Shown here piece by piece: positions 45,174-54,398 of a stretch of DNA of 64,000 nucleotides. The stretch comes from Nannocystis bainbridge (GTDB lineage Bacteria > Myxococcota_A > Polyangia > Nannocystales > Nannocystaceae), in assembly GCF_028368995.1 (NCBI RefSeq), contig NZ_JAQNDL010000003.1:416001-480000 (forward strand), read 5' to 3'. Position 1 is the first letter of the stretch; the number at the start of each line of letters is the position of its first letter. The position numbers were made by a program, and so were the translations under genes. Under the pieces are notes generated by a model. The model worked only from the letters and a program-made list of their open reading frames with translations. It was not told the DNA's origin and made no database searches.

Positions 45174-46166
45174 TCAGTGGAAGTAGCGCTGGATCTGCCC
45201 GCCGTTCTGCTCGAACTCGAAGGCGAACCCGAACTCGATCAGCCCCGTCCGCGGATCGATCAACTGCGCCGGCGGGTTGCCGAACGGCGCCGCCGCCCGC
45301 ACCGCGCGGATCGCCTCCTCGTCGAGGTAACCCAGCCCGGCCGGCCGGTCGATCGAGATCTTGTGGATCGAGCCGTCGGGGTTGAGGCGGATGTAGAGCG
45401 ACGTCACCCACGACTTGGTGCCGACCTTCATGCTGTCCGACGCCCGGCGCTCGTGCAGCGGGCCCGGCTCCCAGTGGCCGGCCACCGCGTCGCGCACCCG
45501 GTTGAAGAACGACGCGTACTTCCAGCGGCGCGAGTTGAGGACGTTGTCGGCCCCCTCGGGCACGTTCTTGTCGATCGAGTCCATCGTCCCGGCCTGGCCG
45601 AGCGCTCGCTCCATCGACCCTGGCGTGCCGCGCAGCCCCGGGTTGCCGCCCGGCGCTGCACCGCCTGGCGCCAGCGGCATCGGCCCCAGCGCGCCCGGAT
45701 CGACCTGCGGCCCCTCCGGCTGCAACCCCTCGCGCACGCTCGGCGCCTGCTGCGGACGCCGCTTGTTCGGCGAGTTGTCCGCGTCGGGCGCGGTGCCCGG
45801 CAGCATCGGCAGCCCGCCCGGCGTCGGCCGCACGTTCGGCGCGCGCGTCTCCTTGTCGGTCGACTGGTCGAACTCCGACAGGTACTTGGCGTCGTCGGGC
45901 GCCTTCTCCTTGCTCGTCCGGTCCTGCTTGATGAGGCGGCCCTTCGGCGGCTCGCGCGGCTGCGCCTCGGCCTCCGGCGGCGGCTCCTCCTCCGGGGGCA
46001 CCAGCGCCACGTCCATCCACCCCTCCGAGCGCGGCAGCGGCGGCGTGTCCCAGCCGAGCTCGATGAGCTGGTTGCCCAGCGGCCACAGCACCAGGTGCAC
46101 CAGCAGCGACGCCAGCAGCATGAAGACCACCAGGGTCAACCCGGAGTTGTCGCGCGGGCGTGGCAT
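45174..46166 (-). CDS. TonB/TolA C-terminal domain protein
   Basis: N-terminal TM SLLVH, Pro-rich linker, LNPDGSI...GLGYLDEEAIRAVRAAAPFGNPP. Confidence 0.85.
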   Translation of the reverse strand: MPRPRDNSGLTLVVFMLLASLLVHLVLWPLGNQLIELGWDTPPLPRSEGWMDVALVPPEEEPPPEAEAQPREPPKGRLIKQDRTSKEKAPDDAKYLSEFDQSTDKETRAPNVRPTPGGLPMLPGTAPDADNSPNKRRPQQAPSVREGLQPEGPQVDPGALGPMPLAPGGAAPGGNPGLRGTPGSMERALGQAGTMDSIDKNVPEGADNVLNSRRWKYASFFNRVRDAVAGHWEPGPLHERRASDSMKVGTKSWVTSLYIRLNPDGSIHKISIDRPAGLGYLDEEAIRAVRAAAPFGNPPAQLIDPRTGLIEFGFAFEFEQNGGQIQRYFH

Positions 46167-46224
46167 GGGCCGTCCCCAGTATAGCCGCCTCGGTCGCCAA
46201 CGGCTGCGGTATACCCTGCGGCCG

Positions 46225-47115
46225 ATGACCGTCACCGCCCGCCCGCTCTCCCCCGGCGCCGAGGCCCTGCTGGGGCGCGAGGTCCCCGTCCTCGACCTGG
46301 GCTTCGTCCAGCCGATCGACTACATGGGCAACGACAACGACATCGTTCAGGCCGCTCGCGTCAGCTACGGCCCGTCCACGCGCAAGGTCCACGACGACCG
46401 CGGCCTGCTGCGCTACCTCATGCGCCACCGGCACACCACGCCGTTCGAGATGTGCGAGGTCAAGTTCCGCTGCAAGATGCCGATCTTCGTCGCCCGCCAG
46501 TGGATCCGCCACCGGACGGCCAACGTCAACGAGATGTCGCTGCGCTACAGCGAGGCGCCCGACGAATTCTACGTCCCGGCGCTCGAGCACGTCACCCTGC
46601 AGTCGACGACCAACCGCCAGGGCCGCGACGCCGAGACCGCCGTCCCCGCCGAGCTGCGCGAGCGGGTGCGCGCCCTGCTGCACACCCGCCACGAGCAGCT
46701 CTACGCCGACTACCAGACCCTCGCCGGCGAGCTCGGGATCGCCCGCGAGCTCGCCCGCACCCTGCTGCCGGTGTCGCTTTACACGCAGTGGATCTGGAAG
46801 ATCGACCTGCACAACCTGATGCATTTCCTCGACCTCCGCCTCGACCCCCACGCGCAGATCGAGATCCGCCTGTTCGCCGAGGCGATGGCCGGGTTCGTCC
46901 AGGCGTGGGTCCCGCAGTCGTGGGAGGCCTTCGTCGACTACCGCCGCGAGGCCCTGCCCCTCACCCGCCTCGACGGCGTGGCCCTGGCCCACATGCTGAA
47001 GGGCGAGGACGCCGACGCCGCCGCCGCCCGGGCCGGCCTCCAGGGCCGCGAGCTGCGCGAGTTCCACGACAAGCTGGCCCGCCTGCGCGGCCTGACCGAA
47101 GAGTCAGGTTCGTAG
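46225..47115 (+). CDS. thyX: FAD-dependent thymidylate synthase
   Basis: AARVSYG, HTTPFE, IFVARQWIRHR-x7-SLRYS, RELAR, LHNLMHFL.LR..HAQ.EIR. Confidence 0.97.
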   Translation: MTVTARPLSPGAEALLGREVPVLDLGFVQPIDYMGNDNDIVQAARVSYGPSTRKVHDDRGLLRYLMRHRHTTPFEMCEVKFRCKMPIFVARQWIRHRTANVNEMSLRYSEAPDEFYVPALEHVTLQSTTNRQGRDAETAVPAELRERVRALLHTRHEQLYADYQTLAGELGIARELARTLLPVSLYTQWIWKIDLHNLMHFLDLRLDPHAQIEIRLFAEAMAGFVQAWVPQSWEAFVDYRREALPLTRLDGVALAHMLKGEDADAAAARAGLQGRELREFHDKLARLRGLTEESGS

Positions 47116-47152
47116 CGACATGTCCCCGAGGGCATGCCCCGAAGGGCATGTC
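47103..47152. repeat. 14-bp-phased array between convergent genes
   Basis: gtcaggtt 47103, gacatgtc 47117, ggcatgcc 47131, ggcatgtc 47145. Confidence 0.85.
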
Positions 47153-47164
47153 TCGAAGCGCACC

Positions 47165-47791
47165 TCAGCCCGCGACCCGGCGCGCCACCACGATCGCCAC
47201 GTCGTCGGGCAGCGCCCCGGAGCGCAGGCGCACGAGGTCGAGCAACCGCGCGGGGATCGCCGCCAGGTCCTGGCCCGTCACGACCTCCGCGATCGCCTCC
47301 AGGCGCGCATATTTCAACAGCCCGTCGGTCGCCAGGAGCAGGGTCGCGTCGCCCAGGCTGCCCGAAAAGGCCACCGGTGACGCGCACCGGCTCCCCAGCA
47401 GCGGCTTGCGCGGCTGACCCGCGGTGAGGTCGACGCAACGACCCGCGGCGTCGAACAGCAGCGCGCCCGAGTCCCCGACGCTGGCGCCGAAGATCCGTTC
47501 GCCGTCCACCCGGAGCACCACCGCCGTCGCCTCGCCGAGCGGCAGCTCGCGATCGACCCGGAGCAGCAGCTCCGCCCAGCCCGTCCCGTCCGGCAGCCTG
47601 AGGCTCGCCGCCACCGCCGCGATCACGGCCTCCGCCGCGGCCGCCCCGCCGCCGCTCCCGCCCGCGCCGTCGGCGACCACCAGCGTGGCGCCGCTCGCCA
47701 GCGGGAACACGCCCGCGCGGTCCTGGGCGCCCTCGAGCGCGCACGCGAGGGCCAGCGGTCGTCGGGGGTGCACGAGCGAATCGGAGACCAC
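47165..47791 (-). CDS. PP2C/SpoIIE-like protein phosphatase
   Basis: QDR, VVADGAGG, ASVGDS, LLATDGL, DDVAIVV. Confidence 0.85.
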   Translation of the reverse strand: MVSDSLVHPRRPLALACALEGAQDRAGVFPLASGATLVVADGAGGSGGGAAAAEAVIAAVAASLRLPDGTGWAELLLRVDRELPLGEATAVVLRVDGERIFGASVGDSGALLFDAAGRCVDLTAGQPRKPLLGSRCASPVAFSGSLGDATLLLATDGLLKYARLEAIAEVVTGQDLAAIPARLLDLVRLRSGALPDDVAIVVARRVAG

Positions 47792-48034
47792 GATGTCGCC
47801 GAGCTTACCAGCTCCGCGCGCCCGCAGACCACCCGAACCTCCGAGGATGTCCCCGAGGGATAGGTCGCGCCCGTGACGTGTGGCCTCCGCGTCCACGCCT
47901 CCGCCGGCCCGTGGACGCGCAGGCCTGCTCCGCCTCAGGACGGTCAACAGCGTCACCTACGCCCCGCCGGAGTGGATCTGCAAGTACGGCTATCACTACG
48001 GCCCCTGCACGCACGTCTGCGGCGAGTGAGCGCC

Positions 48035-48199
48035 GACATGTCCGCAAGGACATGCATGGCATCACCTGCCTGAGATGGCCTCATGGACATGCCCTTTAAA
48101 ACATGTCCATGAGGCCATCCAGCCGGAGCACGCCGCCTCCCCCTCATCCAAAACTTTCGCAGGACATGCGCCTTTCAAACATGTCCTCGAAGTCACAAG
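48035..48199. repeat. Cluster of 14-bp-phased arrays with an 18-bp-arm perfect inverted repeat
   Basis: Cores 48035/48049/48063; 48072/48086/48100/48114; 48163/48178 (15-bp spacing); IR gatggcctcatggacatg...catgtccatgaggccatc 48074-48119. Confidence 0.85.
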
Positions 48200-48338
48200 A
48201 CCCGTCTCGGGCCCGCTCTCGGGCCTCCGACCCTCGCCGCGCGCACCCGCCCGCCTTCGCCGCAGATCGGCCCTGCGCCCCCTGCCGGCGCCACTGGCTT
48301 GCTCGCGGCCGTCCGCCCGTTCACCCTCTGCGGACGGC

Positions 48339-51300
48339 ATGGCACTCCGTCGGCGCTCCGCCCTGCGGCTCATCGCTCTCCCCGCATTCGGCCTGCTGCT
48401 CGGCCTCGCCTGCGGCCCCGACGACGCCTGCCCGCGGGCCTCGTGGTGCGGCGAGGACGGCCGCTGGTCGCAGATCGTCACCCTCGTCGACGACGCCGTC
48501 CTCGTCGATCTCGACGGCGACGGCGAGGACGAGGCCGTCGTCCTCTCGCGCGAAGGTCAAAAGCTCACCCTCGCCCGCGGCACCGGCTCCCATGCCTGGC
48601 GCGCCAGCCTCGATCTCGTCGAGCGCCCGGTCGCGCTCGCGGCCTTGCCCGGCGAGGTCGCGGCCGCGCTGAACCACCCGCCGCGGATCGCCATCTTCGG
48701 CATGGACGGCGACGGCCGGCTGGTCCGCCGGCGCGACATCCCGCTGCGCGACGACCCGATGCGCCTCGACAGCGCCGACCTCGACGGTGACGGCGCCCCC
48801 GAGCTCGTGGTCACCATCCCTGACGCCAGGCGGATCGCCGTCGTCGACCCGCGCGACGGCACCGTGCGCGAGCACCCGGCCGGCCGCCAGCCGCTCGACG
48901 TCGAGGTCGGCGACGTCGACGGCGACGGCCACCGCGACGTCGTCGTCCTCGACCGGGGCGCCGACGCGCTGCTCGTGCTGCGCGGCGCCGGCGACGGCAC
49001 GCTCGCGCCCGCGGTCGCCCACCCGTCGACGTGGCGCGGCTTCTGGCTCACGCTCGCCGATCACGACGGCGACGGCGACCTCGACGCCGTCACCCGCGAC
49101 GCCCAAGCGGGGGTCGTGCTGTTCCACCGCAACGACGGCCACGCCCGCTTCTCGAGCCCTATCGGCCTCTCCACCGTCAGCACCAGCCCCATGCACCTCG
49201 GCCTGGCGGCCTCCCCCTCCGCGGCGAGCGGCCTGACGAGCGCCAGCTTCCCTTTCCACGAAGTCCTCACCACCTACGTCGGCAAGGGCGCGTCCTGGCT
49301 CGGCCGCGTCGACCGCAAGCTCGATGGAGCGCGATGGATCGGCCCCGGCACCGGCGGCCGGCTGCTGATCGGCTCCCGCCTCCACCTCGGCCGGTTCGCC
49401 TGGCGGGCCGGCCCCACGCCGCTGCAGGTGGCGCGAAACAGCGAGGTCAAGTTCTACCACGAGCGCGCGCTGGCCACCGGCGACCTCGACGGCGATCACC
49501 TGCTCGACATCGCCGCCTCGTCCGGCAATCACGTCCACCTGTTTCACGGCCGCGCCGACCGCGACTTCGAACCCGCCGAACCACTCCAGCTCGACGCCCC
49601 TGCGACCGCGATTGTCGTCGCCGACGTCACCGGCGACGGCCGTGACGACATCGTCGTCGACGACGGCGACGACGTGCGCGTCTTGATCGCCGGCGCCGAC
49701 GTCCCGTTTCAGCTCGGCCCGCGCGTCGCCACCGGCATCCCCGCGCGCGCCCTGGTCGCGCTGCGCACCGGCGCCGACCAGCCGCCCGCGATCGCCGTGC
49801 TCGCCGCGCCGAAGAACTCCGGCGACCTCGAGGTCCCCGGCGCCCGGGTGATCCGTTTCGGCCCGGACGGCCTCGCCAGCGCCACTGCCGGCATCGACGG
49901 CCTGTTCGTCGACGTCCTCGTCCCCGTCGACCTCGACGCCGACGGCATCGACGAGCCCCTGGTCCTCGGCCGCCGCGACGGCGTCCCCGTGCTCGCCCAC
50001 CTGATCCCTGCCGGCGCCGGGTTCGAGCTGGCCGCCGAGCACGACCTCTCGGGCCTCTCCGATTTCGTGCCCAGCAGGTGGTCTCGCCTCACCACGGCCG
50101 ACCTCGACGGCGACGGCGACCCCGAGGTGTTCGTCGGCGACGTGTCCCGCCGCTGGCACCTGGACGGCCTCGCCGACGGCGCGCTCGTGGCGACGGCGGC
50201 GGACGTGCCCGCCCCGTCGCACCTGCGTGACCTCGACGGCGACCAGCGGCTCGACGCGGTGATGTACCGCGACCGCACCCTCGCGTACCAGCGCGGCCTC
50301 GGCGACGGGACCTTCGCGCCCGAGGTGCTCGAGCACGAGTTCGCGAGCGGCGACAGCGTCGCCTTCCCCTCGCGCCCCGACGCGCAGTTCGACCTCGCCC
50401 TGCTCGAATACGAGGGCATCAGCGCTCACCTCGTGCGCGAGGTGATGCGGCCGGTCCGCGACGGCGAGAGCTTCGGCCTGCTCGGGGCCGGCAGCGAGCT
50501 GCTGACCGGCGACCTCGACGGCGACGGCTGCGACGACGTGGCGATCCTCGGCGATGGCGGCATCAGCTGGCGCTGGGGCGGCGAGACGGACCCGCTCACC
50601 CGGTCCGATGGCATCTACTACAAGGGCTGGAGCCGCGGCCTGGCGATCGGCGACCTCGACGGCGACGGCGCCGCCGAGGTGCTCACCGCCGACTTCGTCA
50701 ACGGCGTCGACGCCTTCAGCGCTGCGCAGCGCGTCGAGCGGAGGCTCGACCTCTCCCTGCTCACGACTGAGACGATCGAGAGCCTCGCGGTCGCCGACGT
50801 CGACCTCGACGGCCACCCCGACATCCTCGCCCTCCACATGAACGAAACCACCCGGCTGGACATCGCCTTCGGCGCCGCCGAGCCGTTCGCCTTCGAGCCG
50901 TGGCAGACCGTCGCCGACATCCCGGTCCGCGCGCTCGCGCGATTCCAGGTCGGCGACTTCGAGGGCGACGGCGACCCCGACGTGCTCGTCAACCTGCTCG
51001 AGAACTCCCCGGTGCTGCTGCGCAACGACGGCGGGGGCGCGTGGCAGCCGACCGGCGTGCGCGGCCAGCGGGCCTTCTTCGCGCCGGTGGGCGACCGCGC
51101 CGAGCTGGTGGCGCAGGACGGCGCCGCCGTCTACCGCCACGACGACGCCGACCTCGAGCGCCGCGTCGTCCTCCACGACGACATCGCCGGCTGGCTGGTG
51201 CAGGCCGCCGACGTCGACGGCGACGGCCGCTACGACCTCACCGTCAGCGAACAAGAAGGCACGGTCGCTTGGCTGCTCGGCGGCGACGCGCCCGTGCGGG

Positions 51301-51425
51301 TCCCCCTCGTCGACGAGGTGGCGCTCTCGGCCGTGGCCTACCCGGACGTCGACGGCGACGGCCGCCCCGACCTCGTCGCCCTCGCTGGCGGCGGCATGCT
51401 GGTCCGCCAGACCCGCCGGCCGTGA
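48339..51425 (+). CDS. FG-GAP/VCBS repeat lipoprotein
   Basis: GLAC lipobox; more than 12 D-x-D-G-D-G motifs. Confidence 0.9.
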   Translation: MALRRRSALRLIALPAFGLLLGLACGPDDACPRASWCGEDGRWSQIVTLVDDAVLVDLDGDGEDEAVVLSREGQKLTLARGTGSHAWRASLDLVERPVALAALPGEVAAALNHPPRIAIFGMDGDGRLVRRRDIPLRDDPMRLDSADLDGDGAPELVVTIPDARRIAVVDPRDGTVREHPAGRQPLDVEVGDVDGDGHRDVVVLDRGADALLVLRGAGDGTLAPAVAHPSTWRGFWLTLADHDGDGDLDAVTRDAQAGVVLFHRNDGHARFSSPIGLSTVSTSPMHLGLAASPSAASGLTSASFPFHEVLTTYVGKGASWLGRVDRKLDGARWIGPGTGGRLLIGSRLHLGRFAWRAGPTPLQVARNSEVKFYHERALATGDLDGDHLLDIAASSGNHVHLFHGRADRDFEPAEPLQLDAPATAIVVADVTGDGRDDIVVDDGDDVRVLIAGADVPFQLGPRVATGIPARALVALRTGADQPPAIAVLAAPKNSGDLEVPGARVIRFGPDGLASATAGIDGLFVDVLVPVDLDADGIDEPLVLGRRDGVPVLAHLIPAGAGFELAAEHDLSGLSDFVPSRWSRLTTADLDGDGDPEVFVGDVSRRWHLDGLADGALVATAADVPAPSHLRDLDGDQRLDAVMYRDRTLAYQRGLGDGTFAPEVLEHEFASGDSVAFPSRPDAQFDLALLEYEGISAHLVREVMRPVRDGESFGLLGAGSELLTGDLDGDGCDDVAILGDGGISWRWGGETDPLTRSDGIYYKGWSRGLAIGDLDGDGAAEVLTADFVNGVDAFSAAQRVERRLDLSLLTTETIESLAVADVDLDGHPDILALHMNETTRLDIAFGAAEPFAFEPWQTVADIPVRALARFQVGDFEGDGDPDVLVNLLENSPVLLRNDGGGAWQPTGVRGQRAFFAPVGDRAELVAQDGAAVYRHDDADLERRVVLHDDIAGWLVQAADVDGDGRYDLTVSEQEGTVAWLLGGDAPVRVPLVDEVALSAVAYPDVDGDGRPDLVALAGGGMLVRQTRRP

Positions 51426-51434
51426 CGCCGGCAC

Positions 51435-51566
51435 GACATGTCCCCGCGGACATGTCCCATCGGCGCGCCGTAGCACCGCCGCTGCGACTGATGTCCCATC
51501 CAACATGTTACAAAGGACATATGACCGCCGGCGCGCCGCTGCGAATGATGTCGCATCCGACACATC
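51435..51566. repeat. Three 14-bp-phased groups between convergent genes
   Basis: 51435/51449; 51488/51502/51516; 51545/51559. Confidence 0.8.
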
Positions 51567-51624
51567 CCCGAGGCCGCGCGCTCGACGGCCCGGGCGCGTC
51601 GCTCCGCCGATCCGGCTTACGCGA

Positions 51625-52575
51625 TCACTCCGCCTCGCCCGCGGGCGGCTCCGCGTCCGCCTCCCACGCGTCCGGGTCGAGGTCCACCGCCTCCGCCATG
51701 TCGCGCCAGTCGAAGCCGAGCGCCTCGGCCGCGCGCAGCCACGCCTGCGCCTGCGAGGGCGAGCGCGGCACGCAATCGCCGGTCGCGTACATCACCCCGA
51801 GCGTCGCCGCCGACCGCCCGTGCCCGGCCTGCGCCGCCCGCTCGTACCACTCGAGCGCCCGCGCCGGGTCGCGCTCGACCCCGCTGCCGGTCGCATAAAA
51901 GCCGCCGAGGTTGCCCATCGCTCGCACGTTGCCGGCCTCGGCCGCCCGGCGGCACCACGCTACCGCGGCGACCTGGTCTTCGGGACATCCAGCCCCGCTG
52001 GTGTGGATCACGTACAGCTCGAACATCGAATCGGCGTGGCCGCACGCCGCCGCCTGCTCGTGAAACTCGCGCCCCCGCGCGAAGTCCCGGCCCGCGCCGC
52101 CCAGGTCGAGGCACGCGTACACCCCGAGCATGTAGTGCACCTGCCCGTCGTCGTCGCGCTCGCGGGCCGCGTGCAACCACGCGAGCGCCCGGGCCCCGCG
52201 CGCCGGATCGGCCGCCCGCCACGCGACCCGGGCCGCCAGCGCCGCCGCCGGAGCGTCGCCCGCCTGCGCCGCCGCTTCGACCGCCGCGAACGCTCCGGCG
52301 AGCTCGCCCGCCTGCAGCAGCAGGCGCGCCCGCTCGCGCGCCGCGGCGTGCAGCCCGAGCCCCGCCGCCTCGACCAGCGCCGCGTGGATCGCCGCCTCGA
52401 GCTCCGCCAGCACTTCGCCGCGCACCGGCTCGAGCCCGAGCATCGCGTCGGTGCCGCGAAACTCGAGCGCGACCGCGGCGTTGCGCGCCGCCTCGTAGAG
52501 CCTGGCCGCGTCACCGGAGCCGAGCAGCCGTTGCAGTTCGTCGCGCTTGAGGACGGCGTCGAGGGTGCGTGACAT
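51625..52575 (-). CDS. Sel1-repeat protein
   Basis: AMGNLGGFYATGSGVERDPARALEWYERAAQAGH-type repeats. Confidence 0.9.
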   Translation of the reverse strand: MSRTLDAVLKRDELQRLLGSGDAARLYEAARNAAVALEFRGTDAMLGLEPVRGEVLAELEAAIHAALVEAAGLGLHAAARERARLLLQAGELAGAFAAVEAAAQAGDAPAAALAARVAWRAADPARGARALAWLHAARERDDDGQVHYMLGVYACLDLGGAGRDFARGREFHEQAAACGHADSMFELYVIHTSGAGCPEDQVAAVAWCRRAAEAGNVRAMGNLGGFYATGSGVERDPARALEWYERAAQAGHGRSAATLGVMYATGDCVPRSPSQAQAWLRAAEALGFDWRDMAEAVDLDPDAWEADAEPPAGEAE

Positions 52576-52624
52576 GGCGTACCGGCCCGAAGGTACACCG
52601 CTCGCGTGATACCGTCATCGCCCC

Positions 52625-53257
52625 GTGCTCGAGCCGCTGATCCTCGTCACGGCGACGATCGTCGCCGTCCTCCTCGTGGCCCGCTCGCTCGCGGGCGACC
52701 GCCAGATCCGGCGGGCGCTGCGGCGGCGCCGGGTGACGGCGATCGCTACCGTCCGCGACGGCGAGCACGTGCGGCTCCGCGGCCGCGTGGTCCTGCCGCC
52801 GGGCGCCCTCGCGGCGCCGCTGACCGGCCGGGCCTGCGCGTACTACGTCGCCATCGTCGACCAGCAGAGCGCCAACAACGACTGGCGCCAGCTCGCGCAC
52901 GAGGAGCGCGCCGTCGCGTTCGACCTCGACGACGGCACCGGTCGGGCGCGCGTCGACATGGCCCGGTCGAAGGCGCTGGTCCTCCGCGATCACCGGACCC
53001 GCCGCGGCCCCGAGAGCGACCCCACCGCCGCGGAGCTGGCGTTCCTCGACCGCCAAAAGCTCGCGACCACCGACTTCCGCGGCCGCAAAGCCGCCACCCG
53101 CTTCTACGAGGGCGCCCTCCCTGCCGACGCGCAGATCACCGCGCTGGGCGTCGCCCGCGTCGAGCTCCGCGACGGCGAGCGCCACGTCGTCCTCACCGCC
53201 CCCAGCGACGCGCCGCTGTACCTGAGCGACGAGCCCCCGGTCGTCCAGGCCCCGTGA
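52625..53257 (+). CDS. Membrane-anchored protein resembling the GIDE domain family
   Basis: N-terminal TM; VRLRGRV...LAAPLTGRACAYY...FDLDDGTGRARVD...RFYEGAL. Confidence 0.6.
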   Translation: MLEPLILVTATIVAVLLVARSLAGDRQIRRALRRRRVTAIATVRDGEHVRLRGRVVLPPGALAAPLTGRACAYYVAIVDQQSANNDWRQLAHEERAVAFDLDDGTGRARVDMARSKALVLRDHRTRRGPESDPTAAELAFLDRQKLATTDFRGRKAATRFYEGALPADAQITALGVARVELRDGERHVVLTAPSDAPLYLSDEPPVVQAP

Positions 53258-53355
53258 ACAAGCTCGCAAGGACATGTCCTTTACGACATGTCCCAATCTT
53301 CATCCACCAAGAGCCGGCGCGCGGCTCCGGCACGCCCTGTCCCTTGAGACAGCCA
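53257..53355. repeat. 14-bp-phased array plus an isolated TGTC-N6-GACA monomer
   Basis: 53257 (degenerate)/53271/53285; tgtc-ccttga-gaca 53338-53351. Confidence 0.85.
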
Positions 53356-53507
53356 CGAAGATCGCGTCCGCGCTCCCGCGCGCGCAGCGCCGCAGGCCAG
53401 CGAGATCGACCGGCTCGCCCCCATGACCCCGCATGAGGCCGCCCCTGCACCCCTGGCCTTGCCGGCGCGCCGGACGGTCGTACACAGCGCACGCGAGGGC
53501 CGCCGTC

Positions 53508-54176
53508 ATGCTCACCAAAATTCCGTTCACCGAGATCCTCAAGTCCGTCCCTGGCTTCTTCGGGATCCGCCTCGAGGAGCAGCCGAAATACGAGGTGGTC
53601 GAGACGCTGGACGACGTCGAGATCCGTCACTACGCGCCGGCGCTGCTGGCCCGCCTCACGGTCGAGGGCGAGCACGACAAGGCCGTCGACCAGGCCTTCG
53701 ACCGCCTCGCCCGCTACATCTTCGGCGAGAACCACCCCCAGGTCCGCATGGCGATGACCGTCCCGGTCGAGCAGCACCCCGAGGGCGAGCCCGGAGCGCT
53801 GGCCGTCCCGACCGAGCCCCACCCCGAGGGCGAGCGCATGGCCATGACCGTCCCGGTCGTGCAGAAGCAGGGCGGCAACGGCTGGACCGTCGCCTTCTTC
53901 CTCTCCAACGAGCTCTTCACCTCCGAGGCGCCGCGCCCCGACGACCCCGCGATCGAGCTGATCCACGAGCCCGCGCGCACCGTCGCCGCCCTGCGCTACC
54001 GCGGCAACTCCTCCGAGAACAAGCGCGAGGACTCCCGCCGCCGCCTGCTCGCCGCCCTGGCCAACCACCCGCGCTGGCAGATCGCCGAGAACGTCTACTG
54101 GGCCCAGTACGACGCCCCCTTCACCCTCCCGTTCGCCAAGCGCAACGAGGCCCTGGTCGAGCTCGAGTCGCGCTGA
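53508..54176 (+). CDS. SOUL family heme-binding protein
   Basis: EQPKYEV...EIRHY...AFDRLARYIFGEN...MAMTVPV (twice)...AQYDAPFTLPFAKRNE. Confidence 0.9.
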   Translation: MLTKIPFTEILKSVPGFFGIRLEEQPKYEVVETLDDVEIRHYAPALLARLTVEGEHDKAVDQAFDRLARYIFGENHPQVRMAMTVPVEQHPEGEPGALAVPTEPHPEGERMAMTVPVVQKQGGNGWTVAFFLSNELFTSEAPRPDDPAIELIHEPARTVAALRYRGNSSENKREDSRRRLLAALANHPRWQIAENVYWAQYDAPFTLPFAKRNEALVELESR

Positions 54177-54348
54177 CCCGCCGCTCTCCTCCCGCGCGAC
54201 CGACTCGCCGACTCACGCTCGACGCGCGCCGCGCCGACACGTCGAGTCATCCGCCGAAGAGCGCCGTGGAAGCGTGTTCGACCACGCCCGCGAGTTTGCC
54301 CGCCGAAGAGCGCCGCAGAGCCGCATCCTCCCCCTCGCCTCCGGCCTC

Positions 54349-54398
54349 GGCCTGCCCATCAGGACATGTCTTCGATGACATGTCCTGCGAGACACATC
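54349..54398. repeat. 14-bp-phased array between convergent genes
   Basis: ggcctgcc 54349, gacatgtc 54363, 54377, gacacatc 54391. Confidence 0.85.

Noticed and set aside
44930-47115. Prophage or ICE suggested by the excisionase-like gene plus thyX
   Set aside because: No integrase, structural genes or att repeats; codon usage matches the host
47873-48338. Short ORFs rich in TCP/GHV/DMS peptides here and at other arrays
   Set aside because: These peptides are translations of the GACATGTC motif in various frames, not evidence of a peptide family
53270-53293. GGACATGTCC matches the p53 half-site RRRCWWGYYY
   Set aside because: Bacterial context; array ends indicate TGTC-N6-GACA is the unit; resemblance treated as coincidental
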